Part shown: piece by piece, positions 36,310 through 45,939 of the stretch
Position numbering within the stretch: position 1 is the first letter of the stretch
How the letters are laid out: every line of letters begins with the position of its first letter
Notes under the pieces: generated by a model
The model's input: the letters and a program-made list of their open reading frames with translations, nothing else
Told to the model about the DNA's origin: nothing
The model's database searches: none
Program-made: the position numbers and the translations under genes
DNA from: Nitrospinaceae bacterium
GTDB taxonomy: Bacteria; Nitrospinota; Nitrospinia; Nitrospinales; VA-1
Length of the DNA stretch: 64,000 nucleotides
Assembly (NCBI GenBank): GCA_029261475.1
Contig: JAJDBG010000039.1
Coordinates: 20,271 to 84,270, forward strand
Direction: 5' to 3'

Positions 36310-36741
36310 TCAACGATTACCCGTTGAGCCAAACCCGCCATCACCGCGTTCTGTTTCTTCTAAATTATCAACGGCTTCGAACTGAAGCGTTTCATGTTTA
36401 ATCGCCAAGAGCTGAGCAATGCGGTCGCCCGGCTCAATTTTAAAATCCACATCGGAATGATTAAACAATAAAACTTTAACTTCACCTCTATAACCAGAAT
36501 CTATCACCCCTGCCCCACTGTCAATCCCGTTTTTAACCGCCAAACCACTTCGCGGCCAAACGAGACCTACGACTCCAAGGGGCAGAGCAATGCGAATTCC
36601 TGTTGCCACCAAAGCCTTACCACGAGCGGGAACAATTACGGAAACAGCAGAACGTAAATCGGCCCCGGCATCACCAGGGTGAGAATATCCGGGAACAAAC
36701 GAACCTTCTACAGAACACTTATTACTTTCGTTTTTTTCCAA
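36310..36741 (-). CDS. dut: dUTP diphosphatase
   Basis: 143 aa. AGADL, PRSGLA, GVIDSGYRGE and C-terminal RGDGGFGSTG motifs. Confidence 0.9.
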   Translation of the reverse strand: MEKNESNKCSVEGSFVPGYSHPGDAGADLRSAVSVIVPARGKALVATGIRIALPLGVVGLVWPRSGLAVKNGIDSGAGVIDSGYRGEVKVLLFNHSDVDFKIEPGDRIAQLLAIKHETLQFEAVDNLEETERGDGGFGSTGNR

Positions 36742-37465
36742 AATATTATCCAGCTACAATAAGGTTATTCGCTAAGCCACAGGATATATTATGCCGTTCT
36801 CAGAGGCAAGAAAGACTTCTGTAAAAACCGCTATCCAGCTAAAGTTTGTATAAAAAAAGAGGAAGCGGGCTACTACCCTGCCGGAACTTGCGTTCGACAG
36901 TGTAAGAGTTTTCGCGGGACGCCGCTTGGAAGGAAATCTTCAGCCGATCATTCCGGGGTTTCGGCCGGCGCTCAGTGCATGTGGGGATTGAGTAGGAGAT
37001 GATAAACCAAATGTATCCAGTCAAATAATTACTATTACTCGCCAAGACACACCTTCTTACCTACCACGAAAACCCTCTTTATAGTAACCCGCCAGTTGGA
37101 GAGTTCGCACAAAATGTATTGTACTTAAGGAAATTAAATATTCCCTAACGCCTCCTGTATATTTGGAAAGTTGAATACTCAAACTACCTTTATCTTGTAT
37201 GCTGAGGAAAAAAGTACCACTACATATAGCGCCTGTCAAGACATAAAAGCCGCATTATATCTGTCTTCAAATAACACACAATAAAACAGTATATTACTAG
37301 AATAACAGACACCCATTATAAAAATAAAATTGAGGCGGCATACTAGATGATGTGGATTAGCTTGTTTTTATTTCCAATATAATGTAGGAAGGGGTCTTAG
37401 TGATGAATTCACAAAATACCTGCCCCAAAACCCCCAATATCCCGACCCGAATTTCACTCATCCCT

Positions 37466-39220
37466 TTATTTGAATTTATCATCCTGATTGGGAATTTCTT
37501 CCAGAAATCGCCGTGCGACTCTGTATATTTTAGGATCTCCGTTGACCTGAGCCAATATCCGCCCCCGATCATCCTCCGGTCCCCCCATTTTTAGAATAGC
37601 GATGGAATGATCCTTGTCATCCCAAATTTCTACTGTCACTTCGGGCGAAGTGCTCCAGGTAATTTCGGAATCGGAAGGCGACTCCAGAATACTTTCAAAT
37701 TCGACCGTTTTTAAGGTCCACAGAACCTCATTTCCCAAGAAGGATTTGATGTTTTCAATTTTTTCAGGCTTTACAAGTGTCCAGAATTTGCCAGATTTAA
37801 CCAGTTCCAAAGTCTGAGCGGGGAACTTCCAACGAATCCGATGCACCGAATCAGTGTCAAAATGCAGTATTTTTTTATCTCTCAAACTATGCAAAGAGCG
37901 AAACAACTTATCAGCCAAGGTCGTTCTAATATTAAAGACTGACATTTCGCCGGAACGCCGGGCAAAATACATTTCTTTATCCGGGCTTTGATTTCCTAAC
38001 TCCAAAGTCCAATCTTCAGTACCAGATCGAATTCGCATTTTTTTGCTCGGTCGATCCAAACCAAAGGGTATGGGATCTTCCACAGTAGTTTGAGCGAACT
38101 TTACAATTCGTGCCTCTCGGAGATCAGCCAATAAGCTGTTGATTGCGGTTGAATCAACTCCTGTCTCTATAGGTGAAACAATTTTCCAGACATTTTTTTC
38201 TCCAATCCCACGGTCCAATCGAATGGTAGATTCAGAATCCTGCAACTCTATTTGAGAGATCGAAGACGCAGGAACAGATATCAACGTTCTGTCCAAAAGA
38301 TTCACCGCATCCAGATCCAGATCAGCAATGTCCGAAAAACTCAAAACAAAAACTTGATCTGACAGATTGGTTCGTGCGTACCGCCCCTGCTCACCGTATT
38401 TTTCTCCAACAAGCAAAAGAATCGGTTCTCCAGCACCTTGCAGTTCAAGTGTGATCGTCAAATAAGGATTCTTCCACGCTGTCTCTACCGGTAACTCTTT
38501 AGCGTCGTCTATAAACCGTTTGACTTTTTGAAAGCTAAGATTATTTATCAAATGCTGGATAGCTGAAGAGTCTACTTTGGATTTCGTTTTTTGAATGAGA
38601 TGCCAATCTGCTTCAACTTTTTCCAATTGAAGCACTTTACCATCACGATCTATTTTTATTTTTTCTAGCTTTTTATCATTAAAATTAAGAACCGATTTAT
38701 CGCGTAAATCGAATACAGTTTTTTCAAAAAACTCTCTTGGATTTATTGATAATAGTACTCGGTCACTCTCACTGGTAGAAAGATAAGTACCAGAACCCAT
38801 GGGATGGATATCACCGAAATTCACAGTTTTTTTGAAATTTTCTTCTAGAAAAATTGTGACCGTCAAATAAGGATTGTTCAAACCAAATATAGAGGTGTCC
38901 TTGGGTGACTCATCAACTATGCGGAAAAATTTGAGTGATCCCATCCCCGATAAAAAAGAAGATATCGCATCCGTATCGCCTTTTGCCAGAACAGGTCTCA
39001 GCATACTCCAGTCACTCGACTTTGTTTTTTCCAACAAAATCGAGGCATTTCTATTTTTCAATTCAATTTTCTGAACAGCTTCTTTCTTAAAGGTCAGAAC
39101 ATTGGAGTTTTTCTCTTGCTTGAGAATATCTTCTTTTTCGGCAGGTTTTTCTATCCCAAAATAATAGGCGGCAATAACAAGTAAAACGCAGGCTAGATAA
39201 AAAGTTTCCTTAAATTTCAT
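37466..39220 (-). CDS. DUF4340 domain protein (N-terminal anchor, large periplasmic part)
   Basis: 584 aa. Single N-terminal TM segment. Position directly after a GldG-like gene, as is usual for DUF4340 (from memory). Confidence 0.65.
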   Translation of the reverse strand: MKFKETFYLACVLLVIAAYYFGIEKPAEKEDILKQEKNSNVLTFKKEAVQKIELKNRNASILLEKTKSSDWSMLRPVLAKGDTDAISSFLSGMGSLKFFRIVDESPKDTSIFGLNNPYLTVTIFLEENFKKTVNFGDIHPMGSGTYLSTSESDRVLLSINPREFFEKTVFDLRDKSVLNFNDKKLEKIKIDRDGKVLQLEKVEADWHLIQKTKSKVDSSAIQHLINNLSFQKVKRFIDDAKELPVETAWKNPYLTITLELQGAGEPILLLVGEKYGEQGRYARTNLSDQVFVLSFSDIADLDLDAVNLLDRTLISVPASSISQIELQDSESTIRLDRGIGEKNVWKIVSPIETGVDSTAINSLLADLREARIVKFAQTTVEDPIPFGLDRPSKKMRIRSGTEDWTLELGNQSPDKEMYFARRSGEMSVFNIRTTLADKLFRSLHSLRDKKILHFDTDSVHRIRWKFPAQTLELVKSGKFWTLVKPEKIENIKSFLGNEVLWTLKTVEFESILESPSDSEITWSTSPEVTVEIWDDKDHSIAILKMGGPEDDRGRILAQVNGDPKIYRVARRFLEEIPNQDDKFK

Positions 39221-39226
39221 TTTCAG

Positions 39227-40777
39227 CTACAAGCTACGCCGCTTCCACCAGGAAGCGATACCAGCTAAAGCGACACAGGCAGGAAAAATAACGACACACA
39301 GGATAAAAAGAAAACCCCCTTGCGCACTTGTCAACTGCAAGGGATTATTTTTTCTTGTTTTCGGACGAATGGAAATCAAATTCTCTTCTTCAGCCAAATA
39401 CGAAGACGTGTTTAAGAAGAAATCTGCGTTGCCCGAAAAATTAAGATAATTGTTACCAGCAAAATCAGAATCACCCACAACCACAATCCTTCCGTCCTTT
39501 GGGTGTTCCTCATTTGCGTGCGAATCCGCAGGCTCTTCTTCATCGTGCGAATGTCCTTTGGATGAGACTACGGCAACGGGCACGGGGCCTTTTTCATCCT
39601 GACCTGGGTCAAAACGAACAGGCTGTGAGTCGACATTGAATTCGGCCCAACTATTTTCGCCTGTCAATAAAATTTCTTCCGCTAAAAACCCCTCGGCTTT
39701 GCCCGCAGAAACAGAACGCAAAAGAGGGAAAATCGTTGCAAGTGCAAAATCACGGGTGATCTCATGTAGCACGTATTGATCGACGACCGGAGCGGCGGCA
39801 TCGCCTCCATACAACTTTGAGAAGGGATCAATCACTACATCATTTTTTAATTCTACTCCCCAACGCTTGAGTAAGTCTTCCAGCCCGGTTTCAATTTGTG
39901 GATCGAGTAGAAAAAAACCAGCTCCTCCTTGATTGAGGTAAGCTTCAATCGCTGTTCGTTCTTCGGGTAGAATTTGCTTTACAGGTCCCGCGACTATTAA
40001 TAAATCTGCATCCGCAGGAACTTCGCCCGTTTTAAGAAGCAGGAGCTCTTTTAAAAGATAACCCTCTTTTTCAAGTTTCTCACTCATTGCGGAATAGCCT
40101 TGAACCCCGGTGTCATGAATTCCCTTTTCGCCATGCCCTGTTAAAAAATAAAAAGTCTTTTGCTTGTCCCGAATCACTTTAATAATGGCATTGGTGAGAT
40201 TCTCTTCCGTAGGATTTTGAACTTTTGTCTCTTGTTTTCCACTTTCCAAAACGACACTTCCATAGGTTGTGATCCCGTATTGCTTGGTGATAGCTGGGTT
40301 TTTATCGGGATCAACATAATTTATTTTGATTTTATCGGACAATTCCAAATAGCCTTCGGCCAATATTTTAAAAGGAACTTCCTGCGGGGAATCGGCCTGA
40401 AAAAATGCAGTCAAGGTCACTTCTCTTGGCAGATTGGAAACAATTTTTTTTGTTTGGGGTGCTAAAGTATATACGCCTCCTTCGGTGACATCGAAGCGAT
40501 ATTTATGCCGGTAGGTGAAGAGATTCAGAAAAACTATAATTCCCAGAATAATTATAGAAAGCACCACGGCGTTTGTGCCGTGAAGCCCAGTTCTCGACTT
40601 AAAAGCTGACTTGATACGGCTTCTTTCTGCCACTAGAAAATAGACGGCAGAAAGAAAAGAAATACCACCTGCTCCATATACCCAGATAACTTTTTCTGGA
40701 GCCGCAACAGAAACCAATCCGGAAAAAATACCCATAAAAATTGCGACGCCACATAAAGCCAGTGAAGATAATTTCAT
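39227..40777 (-). CDS. GldG-like ABC-transporter auxiliary component (ABC_transp_aux family)
   Basis: 516 aa with N- and C-terminal TM segments around a large soluble domain. Follows an ABC-2 permease and ATPase. Confidence 0.7.
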   Translation of the reverse strand: MKLSSLALCGVAIFMGIFSGLVSVAAPEKVIWVYGAGGISFLSAVYFLVAERSRIKSAFKSRTGLHGTNAVVLSIIILGIIVFLNLFTYRHKYRFDVTEGGVYTLAPQTKKIVSNLPREVTLTAFFQADSPQEVPFKILAEGYLELSDKIKINYVDPDKNPAITKQYGITTYGSVVLESGKQETKVQNPTEENLTNAIIKVIRDKQKTFYFLTGHGEKGIHDTGVQGYSAMSEKLEKEGYLLKELLLLKTGEVPADADLLIVAGPVKQILPEERTAIEAYLNQGGAGFFLLDPQIETGLEDLLKRWGVELKNDVVIDPFSKLYGGDAAAPVVDQYVLHEITRDFALATIFPLLRSVSAGKAEGFLAEEILLTGENSWAEFNVDSQPVRFDPGQDEKGPVPVAVVSSKGHSHDEEEPADSHANEEHPKDGRIVVVGDSDFAGNNYLNFSGNADFFLNTSSYLAEEENLISIRPKTRKNNPLQLTSAQGGFLFILCVVIFPACVALAGIASWWKRRSL

Positions 40778-40781
40778 ATAT

Positions 40782-41549
40782 TCACCTCCACCTCTGCGAC
40801 TCTAGAACTCGATAAGTCAAAAACAAAACAAAGAAAATAAATGACGCAAAATACATTAGATCGCCCGTGTCAAACACACCTCTGACCATGGGAACAAGAT
40901 GGGCTAGAACAGAAACATAGGTCACAACTTCTCCCACGACACCACTGCCCTCCTGAACACCCCAACCTACAATCCATAGAAATAGAGCCAAACCAAAGCT
41001 GATGACAGCGGCGATTATTTGGTTTTCCGTCAAGGATGATGCGAGCAATCCAAGAGAAACAAAGCATGCAGACATCAAAAAAACACCGAGATACCCCGTC
41101 AACAATGGATTGATTTCAGGCTCTCCTAACCAAATCAAAAAACCGGTTGAGTAGGAAGACAGGAGCATCATTAAGGCCACTATGCCTGTGCAGGCAAGGA
41201 ATTTCCCCAAAATGATTTCCCGTAGGTGGATCGGTGAGGAAAGCAGAAGAACCAAAGTTTTGTTCTTTTTTTCTTCAGAAAAACTACGCATGGTGATGAC
41301 AGGAATCATGAGCAAAAGGGTAACGGCCATGTTGAATAAAATAGGTTCCACTACCATTTCATTGAGACTGAGGCTCATTCCCGCGCCTAAAAAACGTTCC
41401 GCCTGGAAACTTTGGCCGCTGAATGAATCAAGAAGATTCAGGAAAGTAAAACTATGCAGAAACAGAAATACTGTCGCAATAACGTAAAATACGGGTGATG
41501 CAAAAAAGGACCCCATATCTCTTTTGGCAATGATCCACGTTGTTTTCAT
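40782..41549 (-). CDS. ABC-2 type transporter permease
   Basis: The ATG at 41549 overlaps the ATPase stop (ATGA). About 6 TM segments. ORF-track start at 41651 rejected. Confidence 0.8.
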   Translation of the reverse strand: MKTTWIIAKRDMGSFFASPVFYVIATVFLFLHSFTFLNLLDSFSGQSFQAERFLGAGMSLSLNEMVVEPILFNMAVTLLLMIPVITMRSFSEEKKNKTLVLLLSSPIHLREIILGKFLACTGIVALMMLLSSYSTGFLIWLGEPEINPLLTGYLGVFLMSACFVSLGLLASSLTENQIIAAVISFGLALFLWIVGWGVQEGSGVVGEVVTYVSVLAHLVPMVRGVFDTGDLMYFASFIFFVLFLTYRVLESQRWR

Positions 41550-42481
41550 GCTTCGGGTACCTTTTCTTCCAGGGTGAGTTTGAGAAAAATATCTTCCAGA
41601 GAAAGAGCTGTTCTTCTCAACTCCACTATGCCCCAAGATTGTTGGAGACATAAATTTGCCAATGCGTCTTGTGGATTGGAATCCAACTCAGCGTCTATCC
41701 TGAATTCACCCGGCCCTTCTTCCTGAGCTGAAATAATTCCATGAACATTTTGAATTTGATCGACGATGTTTTCTGCGCTGTTACGTACCTTTAAAAACAG
41801 ACGCTCTCCCTTGCGCAGGGAAGCTGTGAGACCTTCCAAAGAATCCACTGCGGCGATTTTACCTTCGTTCAAGATGATGACACGTCTGCATATCTGGGTA
41901 ATTTCGGGCAAGATGTGCGAGCTTAAAATGATGGTGTGTGCTTCTGCAAGCTTCTGTATCAACTTCCGGATTTCAATGATTTGAATAGGATCAAGGCCAA
42001 CGGTGGGTTCATCCAAAATCAGGATATCGGGATTGTGGATCATCGCTTGAGCCAGGCCAACTCGTTGTTGAAATCCTTTTGACAAGCGTCCAATGATCCG
42101 CCCGGAAACATCTTCCAGGGAACAAGCTTCTAGCACTCGATCGACTGCGGCACTCACCCCACGCGAAGGAACTTGGCGTAAAAGTGCGGTGAATTTTAAG
42201 TAATCCACGACAGTCATGTCTTGATATAACGGTGGATTTTCAGGCAAGTAACCAATGCGCCTACGCACCTCCAGCGAATTTTCAAACACATCGTGACCGC
42301 ATATTCTCACCGTTCCGGAGCTTGCAGGGAGTATACATGCCAGGATATTCATAGTCGTCGACTTACCGGCACCGTTAGGACCGAGAAACCCTACAACTTC
42401 TCCTTTGTCTATTTGGAATGAAAGATTATCAATGGCCCGTCGCGGTCCATAATCCTTGCTGAGATTCTCTATCTCAATCAT
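41546..42481 (-). CDS. ABC transporter ATP-binding protein
   Basis: 311 aa. Walker A GPNGAGKST, signature LSKGFQQR and Walker B ILILDEP. Confidence 0.9.
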   Translation of the reverse strand: MIEIENLSKDYGPRRAIDNLSFQIDKGEVVGFLGPNGAGKSTTMNILACILPASSGTVRICGHDVFENSLEVRRRIGYLPENPPLYQDMTVVDYLKFTALLRQVPSRGVSAAVDRVLEACSLEDVSGRIIGRLSKGFQQRVGLAQAMIHNPDILILDEPTVGLDPIQIIEIRKLIQKLAEAHTIILSSHILPEITQICRRVIILNEGKIAAVDSLEGLTASLRKGERLFLKVRNSAENIVDQIQNVHGIISAQEEGPGEFRIDAELDSNPQDALANLCLQQSWGIVELRRTALSLEDIFLKLTLEEKVPEA

Positions 42482-42625
42482 TTATTTTACGAGGTTGAAT
42501 GCGATTAATACGATGGCAAAAAATGAGTTTTGCAAGCAGAGTGAATCAGTAACACTTGCTAAAGATACATCATGAAAAATATTTTTTTCAATTAATTTTT
42601 ATTAATTTAAAACAACGGTGCGTTG

Positions 42626-42648
42626 CGAAAAACCGCTTCACAGAAGCG
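42626..42648 (-). terminator. Possible Rho-independent terminator after 42700-43344
   Basis: The minus strand reads CGCTTC-TGT-GAAGCG followed by GTTTTTCG. Confidence 0.5.
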
Positions 42649-42699
42649 AACGGTTCGTGATGAGTGCTTAGTCAGGAACGGTCAAGACGATCGGCTTCT

Positions 42700-43344
42700 T
42701 CAAGCGGCTGTCAATCCCCAAAGCCAGCAAGCATAGCTCATAGAGAAGGCCAGGATATAAATAAACTTTCTCTGCGTTATTACTTTCCCCTCAGAAGAAA
42801 TGCCTTTGAAAATGAAAATTAAAACACAAGAAGTCCAGCCCAAGAAGCCTAACTCAGCCGCAAGGGAACCAATAAGGTAGGGAGGTTTGGGACGTGTTAA
42901 ACTTTCCAATGCGATTTGTTTTTTTTCTGCAAAGGCTTGACTATCTCTTGGAAAAGGTTGGGGACCTTTTATCATCAAAGTTGCAATTTTTTCATTGCAT
43001 TGATCGATCCAGTTTGGCCCTGGAATTCCCAAGCCGCGAGTGGAATAAAATCCCGAGCGCAATAACCGGTAAGAGTCGAGTGCTTTTTGCCATGCCCCTT
43101 CGCGCTCAAAAATTTCGGCAATGGCCCACATCCGTTCCGCAGGTCGTTCCTGAGTGTCAATGAAGGGGATACGCCATCGCAAGGCACGGTCATAACGCAT
43201 CAATGATTCATCCCATTGACTCTGTTCGAATAACAAATCAGCCTTTTTGATCTCGAATCGCGAAGTCAGATATGCTTTTGCAAAAAGACTTGTGATGATT
43301 AAGGCAATAAGAATGGTGATAAGGGGGAATTTTCGCGTCGGCAT
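42700..43344 (-). CDS. Hypothetical membrane protein
   Basis: 214 aa. One N-terminal and two C-terminal hydrophobic segments. The middle part looks helical-repeat-like. No family recognised. Confidence 0.55.
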   Translation of the reverse strand: MPTRKFPLITILIALIITSLFAKAYLTSRFEIKKADLLFEQSQWDESLMRYDRALRWRIPFIDTQERPAERMWAIAEIFEREGAWQKALDSYRLLRSGFYSTRGLGIPGPNWIDQCNEKIATLMIKGPQPFPRDSQAFAEKKQIALESLTRPKPPYLIGSLAAELGFLGWTSCVLIFIFKGISSEGKVITQRKFIYILAFSMSYACWLWGLTAA

Positions 43345-43373
43345 CTTAGAAAAAACGAGACGCCCTCAGGCGT

Positions 43374-44450
43374 TTATTTTGCGTTGGCAAATCCCGCGTT
43401 CGGCTTTCGCTCTGGAAGAATTTTCAATCTCTTTCCACCTTGTTGTGCGGAACGATAGATTGCGTCAATGATTTTCAGAGCTTCTAGACCATCGCGGCCA
43501 GAGGAAAGGCTTTCCTTCCCTATCTGAATACATTGTATCACATCCTTTGCTCCACCAATGAATGGACTCACATGTTTTCGGGGTTCGGGAAAAGGGATTT
43601 GGGTCAACTCTTTAAATCCTGTAAATTTTCCACTTTTACGGGACACATACAGTTCCCTTCCGCCGTTACCAATCAGAATTCTGCCTTCAGTTCCCTGGAT
43701 ATCGAGTTCAAAACTAAAATAGTTTCGCTCTCCACCCCCTTGCACAAAACCGATGCTACCACTTTTAAAGCCAAGCAAGGCACTTGCCGTTTCCTCAATG
43801 TATTTTTTACCATGGGAACGTTTTTCGCAGGCCGAAACCCAATCGACAGGCCCACAAAAAAAGGTCAACAAATCTGCAAGGTGAGTGCCATCATGAAACA
43901 TAGGACCTCCTCCGTGAAGACTCAGCGACGCCTTGGGTGGTTTCCAGCTCAAAGCAGATCCAATGATGGTTTTAACTTCTCCTATTTTCCCGGAGAGAAT
44001 TAATTTCTTTGCTTCCTGATAATAAGGGTCCCAACGTCTTTCATGATTGATCGTCAAACTGATATTATTTTTCTCACACTCCCTAATCATCCGTCGCGCT
44101 TCTTTTAAATTTAAAGCGATGGGTTTTTCACAAATAATTCCCTTCACTCCCGACTTAGCAGATGCGATTGTAATGGGGGCATGAAGACGCGTCCACGCAG
44201 AAACGCAAACAATGTCCAAGGATTCTTTGGCAAGCAGTTCTTCGTAATTTTCGTAGAGAGCGGCAACTCCCCAGCGCTTACCAAATTGTTTCAATCTTTC
44301 CGCATCAATATCACAGGCGGCAACAATTTTAGCGTTACGGAGTGCAGAAAAACCTCCTGCATGAGTGCAGGGCTTTCCTCGCAAAGGATCGTCTTCTAAA
44401 AGACTTGCGATGCGTCCACATCCAACGATTCCAACCTTACAAGTTTTCAT
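43374..44450 (-). CDS. Gfo/Idh/MocA family NAD(P)-dependent oxidoreductase
   Basis: 358 aa. N-terminal Rossmann VGIVGCGRIA and EKP motif (CEKPIAL). Confidence 0.85.
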   Translation of the reverse strand: MKTCKVGIVGCGRIASLLEDDPLRGKPCTHAGGFSALRNAKIVAACDIDAERLKQFGKRWGVAALYENYEELLAKESLDIVCVSAWTRLHAPITIASAKSGVKGIICEKPIALNLKEARRMIRECEKNNISLTINHERRWDPYYQEAKKLILSGKIGEVKTIIGSALSWKPPKASLSLHGGGPMFHDGTHLADLLTFFCGPVDWVSACEKRSHGKKYIEETASALLGFKSGSIGFVQGGGERNYFSFELDIQGTEGRILIGNGGRELYVSRKSGKFTGFKELTQIPFPEPRKHVSPFIGGAKDVIQCIQIGKESLSSGRDGLEALKIIDAIYRSAQQGGKRLKILPERKPNAGFANAK

Positions 44451-44516
44451 TGATGAGTTGTTTCCGTTTGTATAAGGAATTTGGTTATGTATAAAGGGAG
44501 AATTTTTTTAAATTCA

Positions 44517-44537
44517 GGGAGCCCTGAGAGGGCTCCC
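44517..44537 (-). terminator. Strong GC hairpin, possible terminator of the flagellin-side transcript
   Basis: GGGAGCCC-TGAGA-GGGCTCCC is a perfect 8-bp stem. The U-tract is poor on both strands. Confidence 0.35.
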
Positions 44538-44717
44538 TTCTTGAAGATCCTACCGGCCCAAAGTATATTTTTTGCCAGTAGGGGAAATTTTCCAGCCTCC
44601 AGCCAGTAAAATTCCCCTGCAGATTGGTCAGTTTTCCATTCCAGCTTGTCGATAGGTTCCCTGCACGTATCTACGCTAAAACTGTATATATCGGCGGGAA
44701 CCTTTTTGCAGATAGAT

Positions 44718-44906
44718 TCAGGAAGGCTTGTGTTCTTTTAACTTCAACCCGTCCTGAATCATCGTAATCGTTTGGGATTCACCCTGCACAAACCATGGAA
44801 CTCCCTGGTTTACAGATTCATTTTTATGATCTGAAGAACCTGAAGAAGTGCCTGTACCTTTTGGGGAAAAACCCAAGGAAAAAGCTTTTGGAAATATGGT
44901 CAACAT
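44718..44906 (-). CDS. Small hypothetical protein downstream of flagellin 1 (62 aa)
   Basis: GGAG SD 8 nt upstream of ATG. No family recognised. Confidence 0.4.
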   Translation of the reverse strand: MLTIFPKAFSLGFSPKGTGTSSGSSDHKNESVNQGVPWFVQGESQTITMIQDGLKLKEHKPS

Positions 44907-44966
44907 TTTTTTTACTCCTGGATTATTTTTATGCTCGCCTAAGCGCGCATTAATTTAAATTTAAAA

Positions 44967-45821
44967 CTACTGTAACAAGGTCAAAACTGACTGAGGAATT
45001 AGGTTAGCTTGCCCAATCATTGCCGAAGCCGATTGAACCAGTATCTGACTTTTAGTCAAATCAGCCACTTCCGCGGCCAAATCTGCATCTCGAATAGTAG
45101 ACACGGCAGATGTCATATTTTCGATGGAAGCGTTCACATTATTCAAGGCACTGCCCAGACGATTGGTTACCGCACCAACTCTTCCGCGAATCTTAATGAC
45201 TGAGTCAAGAGCATCTGTCAGTGCACCCAAAGCCGTCAAGGCCGAACCGTCTGTGGAAATATTGTCGTCGTCGATTCCTAGCGAAACCGACGTAACCGCT
45301 GTCAAATCCAGCTCTTGATTTAGGTTAAAACGACTTTCTTCATTAGCATTCAAGCCAACTTGCAAAATCAGTTCACCACCGATTCCACCTGAAGCAAGAC
45401 TGCCGTCTACCAACTTTTGGCCATTGAATTCAGTTGTGTTGGCGATTCGATCTAATTCAGAACGAAGTGCACGGAACTCAAGATTAAGAGTTTCTCTTTC
45501 CGTCCGCCCAATGGTACCCGTGGCCGCTTGCGAAGCAAGTTCACGAAGCCGTATCAGTATCGATGATTGTTCACTCAAAGCACCTTCTGCAGTGTTGACG
45601 AGCGAAACACCATCACCAATATTTTTAGCACCTTGTTTCAGAGTCCGTACATCGGAGCGTAGACTTTCCGTAATAGACAGTCCCGCACCATCATCCGCAC
45701 TGGAGAAAATTCTTTGTCCAGAGGAAATTCTTGCTATGCTTCCGCCCAACTGACGCGCATTGTACTCTAGCGACTTTTGCGCGCTCAGCGAGGAAAGGTT
45801 TGTGTATATTCTAAGTGCCAT
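44967..45821 (-). CDS. fliC: Flagellin (divergent paralogue, F1)
   Basis: 284 aa. N-terminal LSSLSAQKSL...ISSGQRI...DDGAGLSI and C-terminal IRDADLAAEVADLTKSQILVQ...LIPQSVLTLLQ flagellin D0/D1 regions. Confidence 0.9.
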   Translation of the reverse strand: MALRIYTNLSSLSAQKSLEYNARQLGGSIARISSGQRIFSSADDGAGLSITESLRSDVRTLKQGAKNIGDGVSLVNTAEGALSEQSSILIRLRELASQAATGTIGRTERETLNLEFRALRSELDRIANTTEFNGQKLVDGSLASGGIGGELILQVGLNANEESRFNLNQELDLTAVTSVSLGIDDDNISTDGSALTALGALTDALDSVIKIRGRVGAVTNRLGSALNNVNASIENMTSAVSTIRDADLAAEVADLTKSQILVQSASAMIGQANLIPQSVLTLLQ

Positions 45822-45939
45822 TTTTATTTACCCCTTAAAAGGTATTAACCGAATTTGTATCATATTGATTTTGGCTTCCCTGCCAGTTTCGGTTTGGACA
45901 AATGTTTCAAGCACTAGTCCAAATCCCTTTCAGACCTTT

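Noticed and set aside
36742-37465. tmRNA, RNase P RNA, tRNA or common riboswitch classes in the large intergenic region
   Set aside because: None of the expected motifs is visible: GAGGAAAGTCCGGGC (RNase P), a tRNA-like CCACCA-terminated 3' end or GGGG...TTCGAC 5' end (tmRNA), a T-loop GGTTCGAATCC, or the riboswitch cores I checked (B12, TPP, SAM, FMN, lysine, glycine, yybP). The region stays flagged as unexplained.
44688-44695. GCCGATAT sigma28-like -10 element (minus strand) in the gap between the small ORF and the Gfo/Idh/MocA gene
   Set aside because: There is no TAAA-type -35 at the right spacing. A strong hairpin (44517-44537) lies between it and the next gene. A single octamer match is likely chance.
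45424-45753. Plus-strand ORFs inside the flagellin genes (45424-45753, 45902-46264, 47427-47699, 47787-48083, 48874-49242 and others)
   Set aside because: They are antisense to clearly recognisable flagellin genes. Their Ser/Ala/Arg-rich low-complexity translations are typical of reverse-frame artefacts.
45822-45939. Sigma54 promoter (CTGGCAGGGAAGCCAAAA) or sigma28 promoter upstream of flagellin F1
   Set aside because: The GG and GC elements are spaced 3 nt too close for -24/-12 geometry. No TAAA-N15/16-CCGATAA arrangement fits. The F1 promoter is left unassigned.
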